Positions 30,799 through 39,724 of a DNA stretch of 64,000 nt are shown one piece after another. Both the position numbers and the translations under genes were made by a program. The stretch is from a bacterium. Its GTDB lineage: Bacteria > Bacteroidota > Ignavibacteria > Kapaibacteriales > UBA2268. Below the pieces are notes generated by a model. The model did no database searches. It had not been told where the DNA came from and worked only from the letters and a program-made list of their open reading frames with translations. The stretch covers positions 13,071 through 77,070 of the forward strand of contig JAUIIX010000008.1 of NCBI GenBank assembly GCA_030431515.1, given 5' to 3'. Within the stretch, counting starts at the first letter, position 1; the number at the start of each line of letters is the position of its first letter.

Positions 30799-30933
30799 CT
30801 GCAAAAACTGCAAAAATCACGTAAAGTAATAAAATACAATATATTACAAAAGTTAAATATGGTAAAAAAACTTAATTTTATAAAATTGTGGCTGCAAAAT
30901 ACTGCAATTTTCTGCAAAAACTGCAAAAATCAC
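30799..30933. repeat. array of CTGCAA(A/T)n boxes including two direct copies of the 22-mer CTGCAAAAACTGCAAAAATCAC
   Basis: 22-mer at 30799-30820 and 30912-30933. Additional CTGCAAAATA/CTGCAATTTT units at 30890-30911. Confidence 0.6.
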
Positions 30934-30936
30934 TAG

Positions 30937-31360
30937 GTCATTCTGAACGAGGGTGAATAATCCAATTCTTAAAATTAAAAATATTTAAAATAAAAACTAT
31001 TAACTATTTGAATAAACTAAAATATATCTTATTTTCGCAGTATGAATAAAGCTTATGTAAATATTCTTGCGTCATATAAACACGGCACCTTATATGTTTG
31101 AGTAAGTTCTAATCTTATGAAAAGAAATTATGAGTATAAGACTGTTGCAATTGAAGGATTTACCAAAAAATATAAAATAGATCGCTTGGTTTGTTATGAA
31201 GAAGGTAATGATATCAAAGAGGCAATTGAAAGAGAGAAAGTTTTAAAAGGAAAAATCAGAAGTTATAAAATTGAGTTGATTGAAGCTCAAAATCCGGAAT
31301 GGAATGATTTAAGTAAAGATTGGTTTGAAGGAATGGATTCATCGCTTCGCTCTGAATGAC
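30937..31360 (+). mobile_element. GIY-YIG mini-element copy 1 (diverged left repeat, conserved leader, inactivated GIY-YIG gene, right 26-nt repeat)
   Basis: 30937-31050 is ~90% identical to 32142-32255. Right repeat GGATTCATCGCTTCGCTCTGAATGAC at 31335-31360. Left repeat GTCATTCTGAACGAGGGTGAATAATCC is a diverged copy of the inverted motif. Confidence 0.5.
31042..31359 (+). pseudogene. GIY-YIG nuclease family gene disrupted by in-frame TGA at 31099-31101
   Basis: MNKAYVNILASYKHGTLYV* aligns to the intact paralog MNKVYVYILASYKHGTLYVGVSS (GGA>TGA). Downstream frame continues (track ORF 31117..31359). Conserved EH of the R..EH motif is EY here. Confidence 0.7.
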
Positions 31361-31403
31361 AGGGAATGGATTCTTCGCTTCGCTCTGAATGACGGAGAGA
31401 AGA

Positions 31404-31536
31404 CGGCGTAAGGAGTTAAGAAGAGGAAATTTAACTTTAAATTTTTTAGGAATCTTTGAATTTTAGAAAAAGTATAAGGGAAATTCATGAATTTCCCCTA
31501 CAAATACAGTGGATTCATCGCTTCGCTCTGAATGAC
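31404..31536 (+). repeat. ~134-bp conserved intergenic segment, copy 1, containing a perfect 20-bp palindrome and a terminal 26-nt repeat
   Basis: Near-identical to 33161-33294. Palindrome GGGAAATTCATGAATTTCCC at 31478-31497. 26-nt motif at 31511-31536. Confidence 0.7.
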
Positions 31537-31646
31537 GAAGAGTAGAAGACGGAAGAGGTATTCAAGACGGCGTGATGAGTTAAGAAGAGGGTTTTTCTTA
31601 TATTTGTGAAATAGTTTTTGAAAATTATTAGAAAGGTGGGGATAAA

Positions 31647-32027
31647 ATGAAATCAGTTAGTTATTTTTTAATAATGGTTTTTCTTTTTTTATTTAAGGTT
31701 TTAGCTAATGATAAGCCTGAAGGGATTCCTATAGATGGTGAATATATTTATCAACTTAGATTTGCAGAATGGAATATGGCTTATCATGGTCAAGATGTCA
31801 AAGTTATAATAAAAGAAGATTCTATTAAAATCTTTTTATATAAAGGTGAACTCACAGGATTAAAGAAAGGCGATTTAATTGAAGAAGGATTAATAAGATT
31901 TCATAATAAAACAAGTAATTGGGTAATAGTTAAAGATGAAAATGAATTAGAAGTAGATGATGTTGGAGGTTGTAGTGATGGTCCAAGTATTATTGATTTC
32001 AAAAATAAAATTTATATAACTTGTTGA
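31647..32027 (+). CDS. small secreted hypothetical protein (cargo ORF 1)
   Basis: Signal peptide MKSVSYFLIMVFLFLFKVLA. Preceded by a leader conserved with that of 32669..33136. Confidence 0.45.
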   Translation: MKSVSYFLIMVFLFLFKVLANDKPEGIPIDGEYIYQLRFAEWNMAYHGQDVKVIIKEDSIKIFLYKGELTGLKKGDLIEEGLIRFHNKTSNWVIVKDENELEVDDVGGCSDGPSIIDFKNKIYITC

Positions 32028-32141
32028 AAAGTCGTAAATACTATTCGAGACAGCATAGAAAGTATTCGAGACGGTGGAAGGTGTTAAGAAGAGGCGGATG
32101 TAGTATTCGATACGGCGATAATAGTTTAGAAGAGAGTTTCC

Positions 32142-32564
32142 GTCATTCAGAGCGAAGCGAAGAATCCAATTCTTAAATTTAAAAATATTTAAAATAAAAA
32201 CTATTAACTATTTGAATAAACTAAAATATATTTTATTTTTGCGGTATGAATAAAGTTTATGTATATATTCTTGCGTCATATAAACACGGCACCTTATATG
32301 TTGGAGTAAGTTCTAATCTTATAAAGAGAATTTATGAGCATAAGACTGGAGCGATTGAAGGATTTACCAAAAAATATAAAATAGATCGCTTAGTTTATTA
32401 TGAAGAAGGTAATGGTATCAAAGAGGCAATTGAAAGAGAGAAGTTTATTAAAGGTAAATCAAGAAAATATAAAATTAGTTTGATTGAAGAAAATAATCCT
32501 AATTGGAATGACTTGAGTAGTACTTGGTTTGAAGAAATGGATTCATCGCTTCGCTCTGAATGAC
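32142..32564 (+). mobile_element. GIY-YIG mini-element copy 2: 26-bp terminal inverted repeats flanking an intact GIY-YIG gene
   Basis: Left GTCATTCAGAGCGAAGCGAAGAATCC (32142-32167). Right GGATTCATCGCTTCGCTCTGAATGAC (32539-32564), which is the reverse complement at 25/26. Element length 423 bp. Confidence 0.55.
32246..32563 (+). CDS. GIY-YIG nuclease family protein (small COG2827/URI-domain type)
   Basis: VYVYILASYKHGTLYVGVSSNLIKRIYEHKTG (GIY..YVG..R..EH). Last 7 codons and TGA stop are encoded by the right terminal repeat. Confidence 0.75.
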   Translation: MNKVYVYILASYKHGTLYVGVSSNLIKRIYEHKTGAIEGFTKKYKIDRLVYYEEGNGIKEAIEREKFIKGKSRKYKISLIEENNPNWNDLSSTWFEEMDSSLRSE

Positions 32565-32668
32565 GAAGAGTAGAAGACGGAAGAGGTATGCGAGATTGTG
32601 TAAGGAGTTAAGAAGAGGGTTTTGATTATATTTGTAAAATAGTTTTTGATAATTATTATAAAGGTGAG

Positions 32669-33136
32669 ATGATGAAAGGGATAGTTTTAGTTGTTTTAGT
32701 GATGGTAGTTGGTTTAATATCAACAACAAGAATTAATTGTGAAATGGTTGATGTTTCAAAAACTTTTGATTACGTTTATGAAAATTGTATAAAAGAAGGA
32801 AAAGATGAGTCTATATGTTATGAACTATTTATTGAAGCATGGAAAGAACATTTAGATAAATTAATATTAGAATATAAAACTAAATTAGAAGAAAACAATT
32901 ATAATGAAGAAAGTAAGTTATTTGCAATATATCAAGAGAATTGGCAAAATTATTATGAATCTCTAAAAAACTTTTATCAAGTGCTTACTTTAAACATTAG
33001 TAATGATGAAATTGATAAAGAAGAAATAAAAAAAAGAATTATTTCCTTTTTATCTTATAGATGTTTTGAAATAGAAAAATGTATAAGCTGTCTTGATTAT
33101 GCAATTGAAAGAGATAAAAAAAAAGATAAGGACTAA
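32669..33136 (+). CDS. small secreted Cys-containing hypothetical protein (cargo ORF 2, possibly DUF1311/LprI-like)
   Basis: Signal peptide. Conserved Cys/Trp spacing (CIKEGKDESICYELFIEAWKEH...YQENWQNYYESL...CFEIEKCISC). Confidence 0.4.
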   Translation: MMKGIVLVVLVMVVGLISTTRINCEMVDVSKTFDYVYENCIKEGKDESICYELFIEAWKEHLDKLILEYKTKLEENNYNEESKLFAIYQENWQNYYESLKNFYQVLTLNISNDEIDKEEIKKRIISFLSYRCFEIEKCISCLDYAIERDKKKDKD

Positions 33137-33160
33137 TGAGGCGGTATGAAGGGTATTTGA

Positions 33161-33294
33161 AACGGCGTAAGGAGTTAAGAAGAGGAAATTTAACTTTAAA
33201 TTTTTAGGAATCTTTGAATTTTAGAAAAAGTATAAGGGAAATTCATGAATTTCCCCTACAAATACAGTGGATTCATCGCTTCGCTCTGAATGAC
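33161..33294 (+). repeat. ~134-bp conserved intergenic segment, copy 2 (palindrome at 33235-33254, 26-nt motif at 33269-33294), abutting the uvrA 3' end
   Basis: Near-identical to 31404-31536. Confidence 0.7.
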
Positions 33295-33310
33295 GAGAAA
33301 TATTTTGAAT

Positions 33311-36178
33311 TTACTTATTCAATTCTTCCTTTAAGTATTTCCCTGTTAAGCTTTTCTTTGATTTGCAAATGGTTTCGGGAGTGCCTTCTGCTATGATGTA
33401 GCCACCTTTTTTACCACCTTCAGGACCTAAATCTATTATCCAATCTGCACATTTGATTACATCTAAGTTATGTTCGATAATCACGACTGTATTTCCTTTA
33501 TCTACTAATTTATTTAATAGTTTCATAAGGATGTTTATGTCGTGGAAATGAAGTCCTGTTGTTGGCTCGTCAAGCATATAGATAGTTCGACCAGTCTGCT
33601 TTTTGGCAAGTTCTGTTGCGAGTTTAACTCTTTGAGCTTCTCCACCAGATAATGTCGGTGCCTGCTGTCCTAATGTGATATATGTAAGTCCTACATCGTA
33701 AAGGGATTTAACTTTGTTGTAGATTTTAGGGATGTCTGCGAAGAATTCGATTGCTTCTTCTACGGTCATGTCAAGTACATCTGATATATTTTTACCTTTG
33801 TAAGTTATCTCTAAGGTCTCGCGATTGTAACGCTTTCCATCACAAACATTACATCTTACGTAAACGTTTGGTAAGAAACTCATTTCGATTTTTTTCATTC
33901 CACCACCTTCACATTCGGGGCATCTTCCATCTTTCACGTTGAAAGAAAATCTTCCCGCTGAGTAACCTCTGATTTTTGATTCAGGTAGAAGGGTGAAAAA
34001 GTCTCTTATGTGAGTAAACAAGCCAGTGTAAGTTGCTGGATTGGAACGAGGGGTTCTTCCAATTGCTTGTTGATCGATTTCAATGACTTTGTCAACATAC
34101 TCCAAGCCCTTGATGTCCTTATATGCTAATGCTGATCTATTTGCATTATTGTAAGTATTCATCAAGATTGGCATTAAAGTGTCGTTTATAAGAGTTGATT
34201 TTCCAGAACCAGACATTCCTGTAACGCAAACCATCATACCAAGAGGCATTTTCATAGTTACATTGTTCAAGTTGTTTCCAGTTGCATTTATTAATTCAAT
34301 CCAATGACCATTTCCTTCTCTTCTTTTTTCTGGTGCGTCAATATCTAAATCGCCAAGTAAATATTTGACTGTTAATGATTTGTCGCCTTTACCATTTAGT
34401 GTGCTAATTTTATCAGGAGTAGTTTCGAGAACAATCTCTCCACCGTGAACACCAGCACCTGGACCCATATCAATGAAATAATCTGATGCTTCAATCATTG
34501 CTTTATCGTGTTCGACAACGATTAAAGTATTTCCTAAATCTGTTAGACTTCTCAATGAATTTATCAATCTATTATTATCATGTTGATGCAGCCCAATTGA
34601 TGGCTCATCAAGAACATACATAATTCCAACTAACTTAGAACCAATTTGTGAGGCAAGTCTAATTCTTTGGGCTTCTCCTCCAGAAAGTGTACGAGATGCT
34701 CTGTCTAAACTTAAATAACTAAGTCCAACATTATTAAGAAACTCTAATCTTGAAATGATTTCTTTAATTACTAATGTAGAGATTGCAATTTCATTTTTTG
34801 TTAAGTGCTTTTTTAAATCTTTGAAAAAGTCGATTGATTCTTCAATGTCCATTTTCACAACTTCTGCGATATTCTTATTGTTAATTCTAACATAAAGACT
34901 TTCTTGATTTAATCTTCCACCATTACAAGTCGCACAAGGAATATCACGCATCATATTTTCGTAACGCTTTTTTTGTGAAGTAGTTGTAGTTACTTCGTAT
35001 TGTGCATTAAATAAAGGAATAAATCCTTTGAATCTACTTTTAATTTGAGTTTTTAAACCAGAAGATAAAGTGTAATCATATTCAAATTCTCTTTCATTTG
35101 AACCGAAAATAATTAAATCCAATAGTTCTTTATCAATTTGATTAACTGGAGTATCTAAATCTAAATCAATGCTTTCGGCAAAAGAAATTAATTGAACATA
35201 CATCCAATTTCCTCTTTTGATTTCAAGACCTTGTATCGCTCCTTGATTGATAGAAATATTTTTATTTGGAATTAATAAATCAGGGTCAATTTGAAATAAT
35301 TTACCAATTCCATTACATGATGGACAAGCACCATAAGGTGAATTGAAAGAAAACTTATTAGGGGCTAACTCTTTGTATGCTCTACCTGTAACTGGACAAC
35401 TAAAATTAATATTATAAAGTTTATCTTCCCAGTTGTCATCATTTTTAAAGTGAATAACAACATTACCAGAGCTCATTTTTAAAGCTAAATCTAATGATTG
35501 GCTAATTCTTTGAATATATTCTTCTTTAACTACTAATCTATCAATAACTACGTCAATATCATGCAGTTGGTAACGTGCTAATTTAATATCTGCTTCAAGT
35601 TCTAATAATTCTCCGTCAACTCGAACTTTTGTGAAACCTTGTTTGACTAAGTCTGCGAATAATTCTCTGTAATGTCCCTTTCTTGCTTGTACAATAGGGG
35701 ATAGTATCATCACTTTTTTATTTTCAAATAGTTCAAGTATCTCGTTTAAGATTTGTTCATGGCTTTTAGCAATAACTGGTACATCTGCATCAATTGAATA
35801 TTGTACTCCAATTTTAGCAAAAAGTAATCTTAAATAATCATAAATTTCAGTAACTGTTCCTACAGTAGAACGAGGATGTTTTGAAAGAGTTTTTTGTTCG
35901 ATAGATATAGCAGGGGAAAGCCCTTCGATTCTATCTACATCGGGTTTTTTCAATACGTTAAGAAATTGCTTTGCGTAACTTGAGAGTGTTTCTACGTATC
36001 TTCTTTGCCCTTCAGCAAAAAGTGTATCAAATGCAAGAGAGGATTTACCAGAGCCAGATAGACCTGTGATAACAGTTAGTTTATCTCTTGGTATTTTCAA
36101 AGATATGTTCTTTAAATTATGCTCTCTCGCACCAGAGATAGTTATTTCTTCTAATTCGTGTATTTCTTCTTTAATCAT
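33311..36178 (-). CDS. uvrA: excinuclease ABC subunit A
   Basis: 955 aa. Two ABC ATPase modules with Walker A (GLSGSGKSSLAFDT; GMSGSGKSTLIND). ABC signature LSGGEAQRIRLA / LSGGEAQRVKLA. Zinc-finger CxxC pairs. Confidence 0.95.
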   Translation of the reverse strand: MIKEEIHELEEITISGAREHNLKNISLKIPRDKLTVITGLSGSGKSSLAFDTLFAEGQRRYVETLSSYAKQFLNVLKKPDVDRIEGLSPAISIEQKTLSKHPRSTVGTVTEIYDYLRLLFAKIGVQYSIDADVPVIAKSHEQILNEILELFENKKVMILSPIVQARKGHYRELFADLVKQGFTKVRVDGELLELEADIKLARYQLHDIDVVIDRLVVKEEYIQRISQSLDLALKMSSGNVVIHFKNDDNWEDKLYNINFSCPVTGRAYKELAPNKFSFNSPYGACPSCNGIGKLFQIDPDLLIPNKNISINQGAIQGLEIKRGNWMYVQLISFAESIDLDLDTPVNQIDKELLDLIIFGSNEREFEYDYTLSSGLKTQIKSRFKGFIPLFNAQYEVTTTTSQKKRYENMMRDIPCATCNGGRLNQESLYVRINNKNIAEVVKMDIEESIDFFKDLKKHLTKNEIAISTLVIKEIISRLEFLNNVGLSYLSLDRASRTLSGGEAQRIRLASQIGSKLVGIMYVLDEPSIGLHQHDNNRLINSLRSLTDLGNTLIVVEHDKAMIEASDYFIDMGPGAGVHGGEIVLETTPDKISTLNGKGDKSLTVKYLLGDLDIDAPEKRREGNGHWIELINATGNNLNNVTMKMPLGMMVCVTGMSGSGKSTLINDTLMPILMNTYNNANRSALAYKDIKGLEYVDKVIEIDQQAIGRTPRSNPATYTGLFTHIRDFFTLLPESKIRGYSAGRFSFNVKDGRCPECEGGGMKKIEMSFLPNVYVRCNVCDGKRYNRETLEITYKGKNISDVLDMTVEEAIEFFADIPKIYNKVKSLYDVGLTYITLGQQAPTLSGGEAQRVKLATELAKKQTGRTIYMLDEPTTGLHFHDINILMKLLNKLVDKGNTVVIIEHNLDVIKCADWIIDLGPEGGKKGGYIIAEGTPETICKSKKSLTGKYLKEELNK

Positions 36179-36815
36179 TATAATGCCATTTTTTAATATC
36201 TTCTAATATATCTTGACCAATCCAATGTCCGCCGCTATGTTCTATATACTTATATCTTTTTAAATCAAATTCTTTAAGTATTCTATTACTTTCTCTTGCT
36301 TGAGTAATTGGAATAACTTCGTCATATTCTCCGTGACAAACAAATAACTCTAAATCTTTATTGTTTAAGCCATCAAGATTTGTAACTATTTCATCAATAT
36401 AACCACTAAAAGCGTAAACTCTTTTAATTTTCTTTAATTCTGAAGCAATTGCATAACTTAAAATTGCACCTTGAGAAAAGCCAAGTAAGTAAATAGATTC
36501 TTTATCATATTCTAGATTTAGTTTATCTAAACCATCATTAATAAAGTCAATTACTAATTGTTTAGATGATTCTTCTTGCTTATGATTTATTATTTTATCA
36601 TCACCAACCCATTGAATCTCATACCAATAGCTTTGATTATAAGCCATAGAGTAAGGTGCTTCGAGTGATAATAAATTAACATCAGGAAATAATACATCTA
36701 ATCCAAGTAAATCCATTCTATTAGCACCAAAACCATGAATTAATATCATGAGGGGTGCAGTTTTAGGACTTATTTTAGCTTTTTTAAATTCAAATACCAT
36801 TTTAAAATTTCTCAA
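36171..36815 (-). CDS. alpha/beta hydrolase (phospholipase/carboxylesterase family)
   Basis: LILIHGFGAN ... nucleophile elbow GFSQGA ... C-terminal His (HSGGHW). Confidence 0.65.
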   Translation of the reverse strand: MRNFKMVFEFKKAKISPKTAPLMILIHGFGANRMDLLGLDVLFPDVNLLSLEAPYSMAYNQSYWYEIQWVGDDKIINHKQEESSKQLVIDFINDGLDKLNLEYDKESIYLLGFSQGAILSYAIASELKKIKRVYAFSGYIDEIVTNLDGLNNKDLELFVCHGEYDEVIPITQARESNRILKEFDLKRYKYIEHSGGHWIGQDILEDIKKWHYND

Positions 36816-37644
36816 TTAATTCACCAAATAAACCTTGATTATAATCAAGGAAAGCTTTTTTTGCTTCGCCTATACTGTTCATTACGAAGGGTCCCATTGC
36901 AGCAACATGTTCTCCATTGTCATTACCAGACATAACAAGTAGTTTAGCATTATTAAGAACGCTAATACTTACGCTGCTAACTTTATCTAAAACAACTAAC
37001 TTGTTCTTAGTTAGAGTTTGTTCGTTCATGATTAAATTGCCAGCGATTATATAAATATAAGTATCTTTATTTTCATCTAATTTTAATTCAAACTCTTCGT
37101 TATCTTTAATTTCTACAAGGAGTAAATCAATATCAAATTTTGATTTTGCAACTCCTATTTTATCTTCATATTTGCCAGATATTATAGATATTTTAGTACC
37201 ATTAGAAATATATTTAGGAATTTCATTGTCTTCCCAAGCAAGATATTCAGGGTCGTTCATTTTATCTTCTTTAGGTAGATTAACCCACAATTGAATTAAC
37301 TCAAGTTCACCACCATTTTCGGATAATTCTTTAGTTGGTCTTTCACTATGAACTAAACCACTTCCAGATGATGTCCATTGCACTCCACCAGCATTAATAA
37401 TACTGCTGTTTCCTAATGAATCTCTATGATGCAAAGCACCTTTGAGAATAATAGAAACAGGTACAAAACCTCTATGAGGATGAGGAGGAACACCTAAGTT
37501 TTCTGGTTTCTCTCCACCTTCAAAGTAATTGTGAGCGTGATGTAACAGAACAAAAGGATTTAGAAAATTAATTTCATTATTAGGAAATGCCTGCATGATT
37601 TCAAAAGAATCCATATTGGCTTTCACTGCATTATAAATTTTCAT
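36802..37644 (-). CDS. pirin-family cupin protein
   Basis: HPHRGFVPVSIILKGALHHRDSLGN matches the pirin N-terminal metal-binding signature. Confidence 0.8.
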   Translation of the reverse strand: MKIYNAVKANMDSFEIMQAFPNNEINFLNPFVLLHHAHNYFEGGEKPENLGVPPHPHRGFVPVSIILKGALHHRDSLGNSSIINAGGVQWTSSGSGLVHSERPTKELSENGGELELIQLWVNLPKEDKMNDPEYLAWEDNEIPKYISNGTKISIISGKYEDKIGVAKSKFDIDLLLVEIKDNEEFELKLDENKDTYIYIIAGNLIMNEQTLTKNKLVVLDKVSSVSISVLNNAKLLVMSGNDNGEHVAAMGPFVMNSIGEAKKAFLDYNQGLFGELIEKF

Positions 37645-38828
37645 TTAGAACCCTCCAAAGTTGTTAATTTTAATGAAATTAGTATAGCAATTATTGTAGT
37701 TGCTATACCTAAATATCCTACATATTGATAGTTGTGTAAAGTGCCATCTGCAGCTATATAAACTACTATACCAGCCACCAAAGATGCGATTCCAGCACCT
37801 ATTTGTTGGAAACTTGATGACAAACTCATAAACCCACCTCTGTTTTCTGGTAATACAACAGAAGTCATTAGTGCATTTGATGGAATCATTCTGCCGCTAA
37901 TACAAACATAAAACAAGCCATTAACAGCAAGTGCCATATATAAGGGAACAGTTTGTAAATTTGTCAATACATATAGTGGTATAATTGACAAAACTGCCAT
38001 AATTAAGAATATTTGCTTTCTTCCATATTTATCAGCAAGTTTACCGATTAATGGACCAGTAAATATTGTTAAGCCACCACCAACAAGATAAATAAGTGGA
38101 ATTTCTTCACTTGTAAATCCAACATTTCTAATCATAAAAGGTGCAATAAATGGGATAACCATAAACTGACCTAATACGAGTAAAAGCATAAATATAAGTG
38201 CCAATTGTTGATTACGTTTCGCTAGTAATATTTTTAAAAGTTCAAGTGGTGATCTTTTAACATTTATACCTTCTAAATGACTTGTCATGTTAGGAATAAA
38301 TTTAATAACAAATACAAGAACTATTGCACCTAAAGCAGCCATTACAAAAAAAGGAAACTGCCAACCATATAAATTTGCCAAGTATAGTCCAGATGGAACT
38401 CCTAATACAGCAGCAACAGAAAATGAAGCAGTTATAACTCCCATAGCTCCAGAACGTTTGTCAATTGGAAAAGCATCGCCAACTATTGTAAATAATAGAC
38501 TATTAATTAAGCCACCAAACATACCTGTAACGACTCTTGCTCCAAGTAAAAGTGGAAATGTATCTGCTAATCCACAAAGTGCTGTACCTATAAAAAATCC
38601 AGTATTTACAAATATTAACGCTTTTTTTCTGTCAAATCTATCTATAAAAAAAGCACTTGTAAAACTAGCAGTACCAGCAGTAAAAGTATATGAAGAAACT
38701 AAAATGCTAAACTCTTTTGGAGTTATGTTAAATAGACGCATAAACTCATCACCTAAAGGCATAATGATCATAAAGTCCATTATATGAGTGAATTGTAGAG
38801 CAGCTAAAATAAATAAAACTATTGCCAA
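37641..38828 (-). CDS. MFS transporter
   Basis: 12-TM profile. MFS motif A-like GARVVTGMFGG and DRFDRKK loop. Confidence 0.75.
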   Translation of the reverse strand: MAIVLFILAALQFTHIMDFMIIMPLGDEFMRLFNITPKEFSILVSSYTFTAGTASFTSAFFIDRFDRKKALIFVNTGFFIGTALCGLADTFPLLLGARVVTGMFGGLINSLLFTIVGDAFPIDKRSGAMGVITASFSVAAVLGVPSGLYLANLYGWQFPFFVMAALGAIVLVFVIKFIPNMTSHLEGINVKRSPLELLKILLAKRNQQLALIFMLLLVLGQFMVIPFIAPFMIRNVGFTSEEIPLIYLVGGGLTIFTGPLIGKLADKYGRKQIFLIMAVLSIIPLYVLTNLQTVPLYMALAVNGLFYVCISGRMIPSNALMTSVVLPENRGGFMSLSSSFQQIGAGIASLVAGIVVYIAADGTLHNYQYVGYLGIATTIIAILISLKLTTLEGSK

Positions 38829-38991
38829 CTAATTATGCTTTCTATTAAATTTTATAATAATGTATTGACGATTGAAACTGATATTTCACTTTAAAAAGTT
38901 GATTTAATTTATAAACAGTGTTTAATAAAAATAAAAAATGATATATAAAGTTAATTATATATCATTTTGAATAATTTTTAAAGATAAATAT

Positions 38992-39621
38992 TTAATCTTT
39001 AGCAGTTTCGATTTCTTTGATTAATCTAGCAACTTCAGATTGTAAATTATCATTATTGCCATTTAATTCTAAGTATTTATCAAAATCTTTTAAAGCAGCA
39101 TCATTCATATTTAATATTTTGTTTGTGATTGCTCTTCCATAATAAGATAATCCATAATCTGATTGCAATTGTATTGATTTAGAATAATCATTTAAAGCAC
39201 TTTGATAGTTTTCTAAATAGTAATAAGCATTAGCTCTTGCATAGTATGCCTCTGGGAAAGCATTGCTAATATTTAATGCTTTATCAAAATTATTGATTGC
39301 AGATTGAAATTTAGAATTTTTTAAATCACAAATACCTTTAGCATAGTATGCTTCGAAGTAGTTTTTGTCAATCATAATTGCTTTATCAAAATCAGCTATT
39401 GCCTCGCTTAGTTTATCTAAATTGAAATTAGCTAAACCACGTCCATAAAAAGCTGGAGCATAAGTGTCATTGTTGGAAATTGCTTTAGTATAATTTTCAA
39501 TTGCAACACTATAATTTTTTGCTTGGATAGCATTATATGCTGTCTTAATAAAACCATCACTTGTTTGTGAAAATAAGACTGAACTTGTTAGTATAACAGC
39601 AATTAGAACTAATTTCAACAT
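38992..39621 (-). CDS. TPR-repeat protein, secreted
   Basis: Signal peptide. About 5 TPR units (AxxYYxRGxAxxxLxxYxxAIxDYxKAIxL pattern). Confidence 0.7.
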   Translation of the reverse strand: MLKLVLIAVILTSSVLFSQTSDGFIKTAYNAIQAKNYSVAIENYTKAISNNDTYAPAFYGRGLANFNLDKLSEAIADFDKAIMIDKNYFEAYYAKGICDLKNSKFQSAINNFDKALNISNAFPEAYYARANAYYYLENYQSALNDYSKSIQLQSDYGLSYYGRAITNKILNMNDAALKDFDKYLELNGNNDNLQSEVARLIKEIETAKD

Positions 39622-39724
39622 ATTTTTTCCATTTTTGTTTCAATTTTATTAACAAATATACGCTTTTGTTTTTTAAATTGCATATTATTTTTTCCAATTT
39701 TATAAAATTTTCAAAAAAAGTTAA

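Noticed and set aside
31117-31359. Track ORF of 80 aa as an independent gene
   Set aside because: It is the in-frame C-terminal remainder of the GIY-YIG pseudogene that starts at 31042 and is interrupted by TGA at 31099.
32499-32729. Minus-strand 76-aa ORF spanning the GIY-YIG 3' end and repeat
   Set aside because: Overlaps the intact GIY-YIG gene, the terminal repeat and the conserved leader. No support.
30937-33294. Repeat-dense region considered as a CRISPR array
   Set aside because: Repeats are 26 nt, occur in both orientations, are irregularly spaced (8 nt to >400 nt), overlap CDS termini, and the intervening segments are themselves duplicated. No cas genes are present.
33214-33396. 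60-aa ORF overlapping the uvrA 3' end
   Set aside because: It reads through the repeat/palindrome segment and overlaps the uvrA stop region on the opposite strand, with no independent support.
38287-38787. 166-aa antisense ORF inside the MFS transporter gene
   Set aside because: Embedded. The MFS reading frame has clear TM periodicity and motifs.
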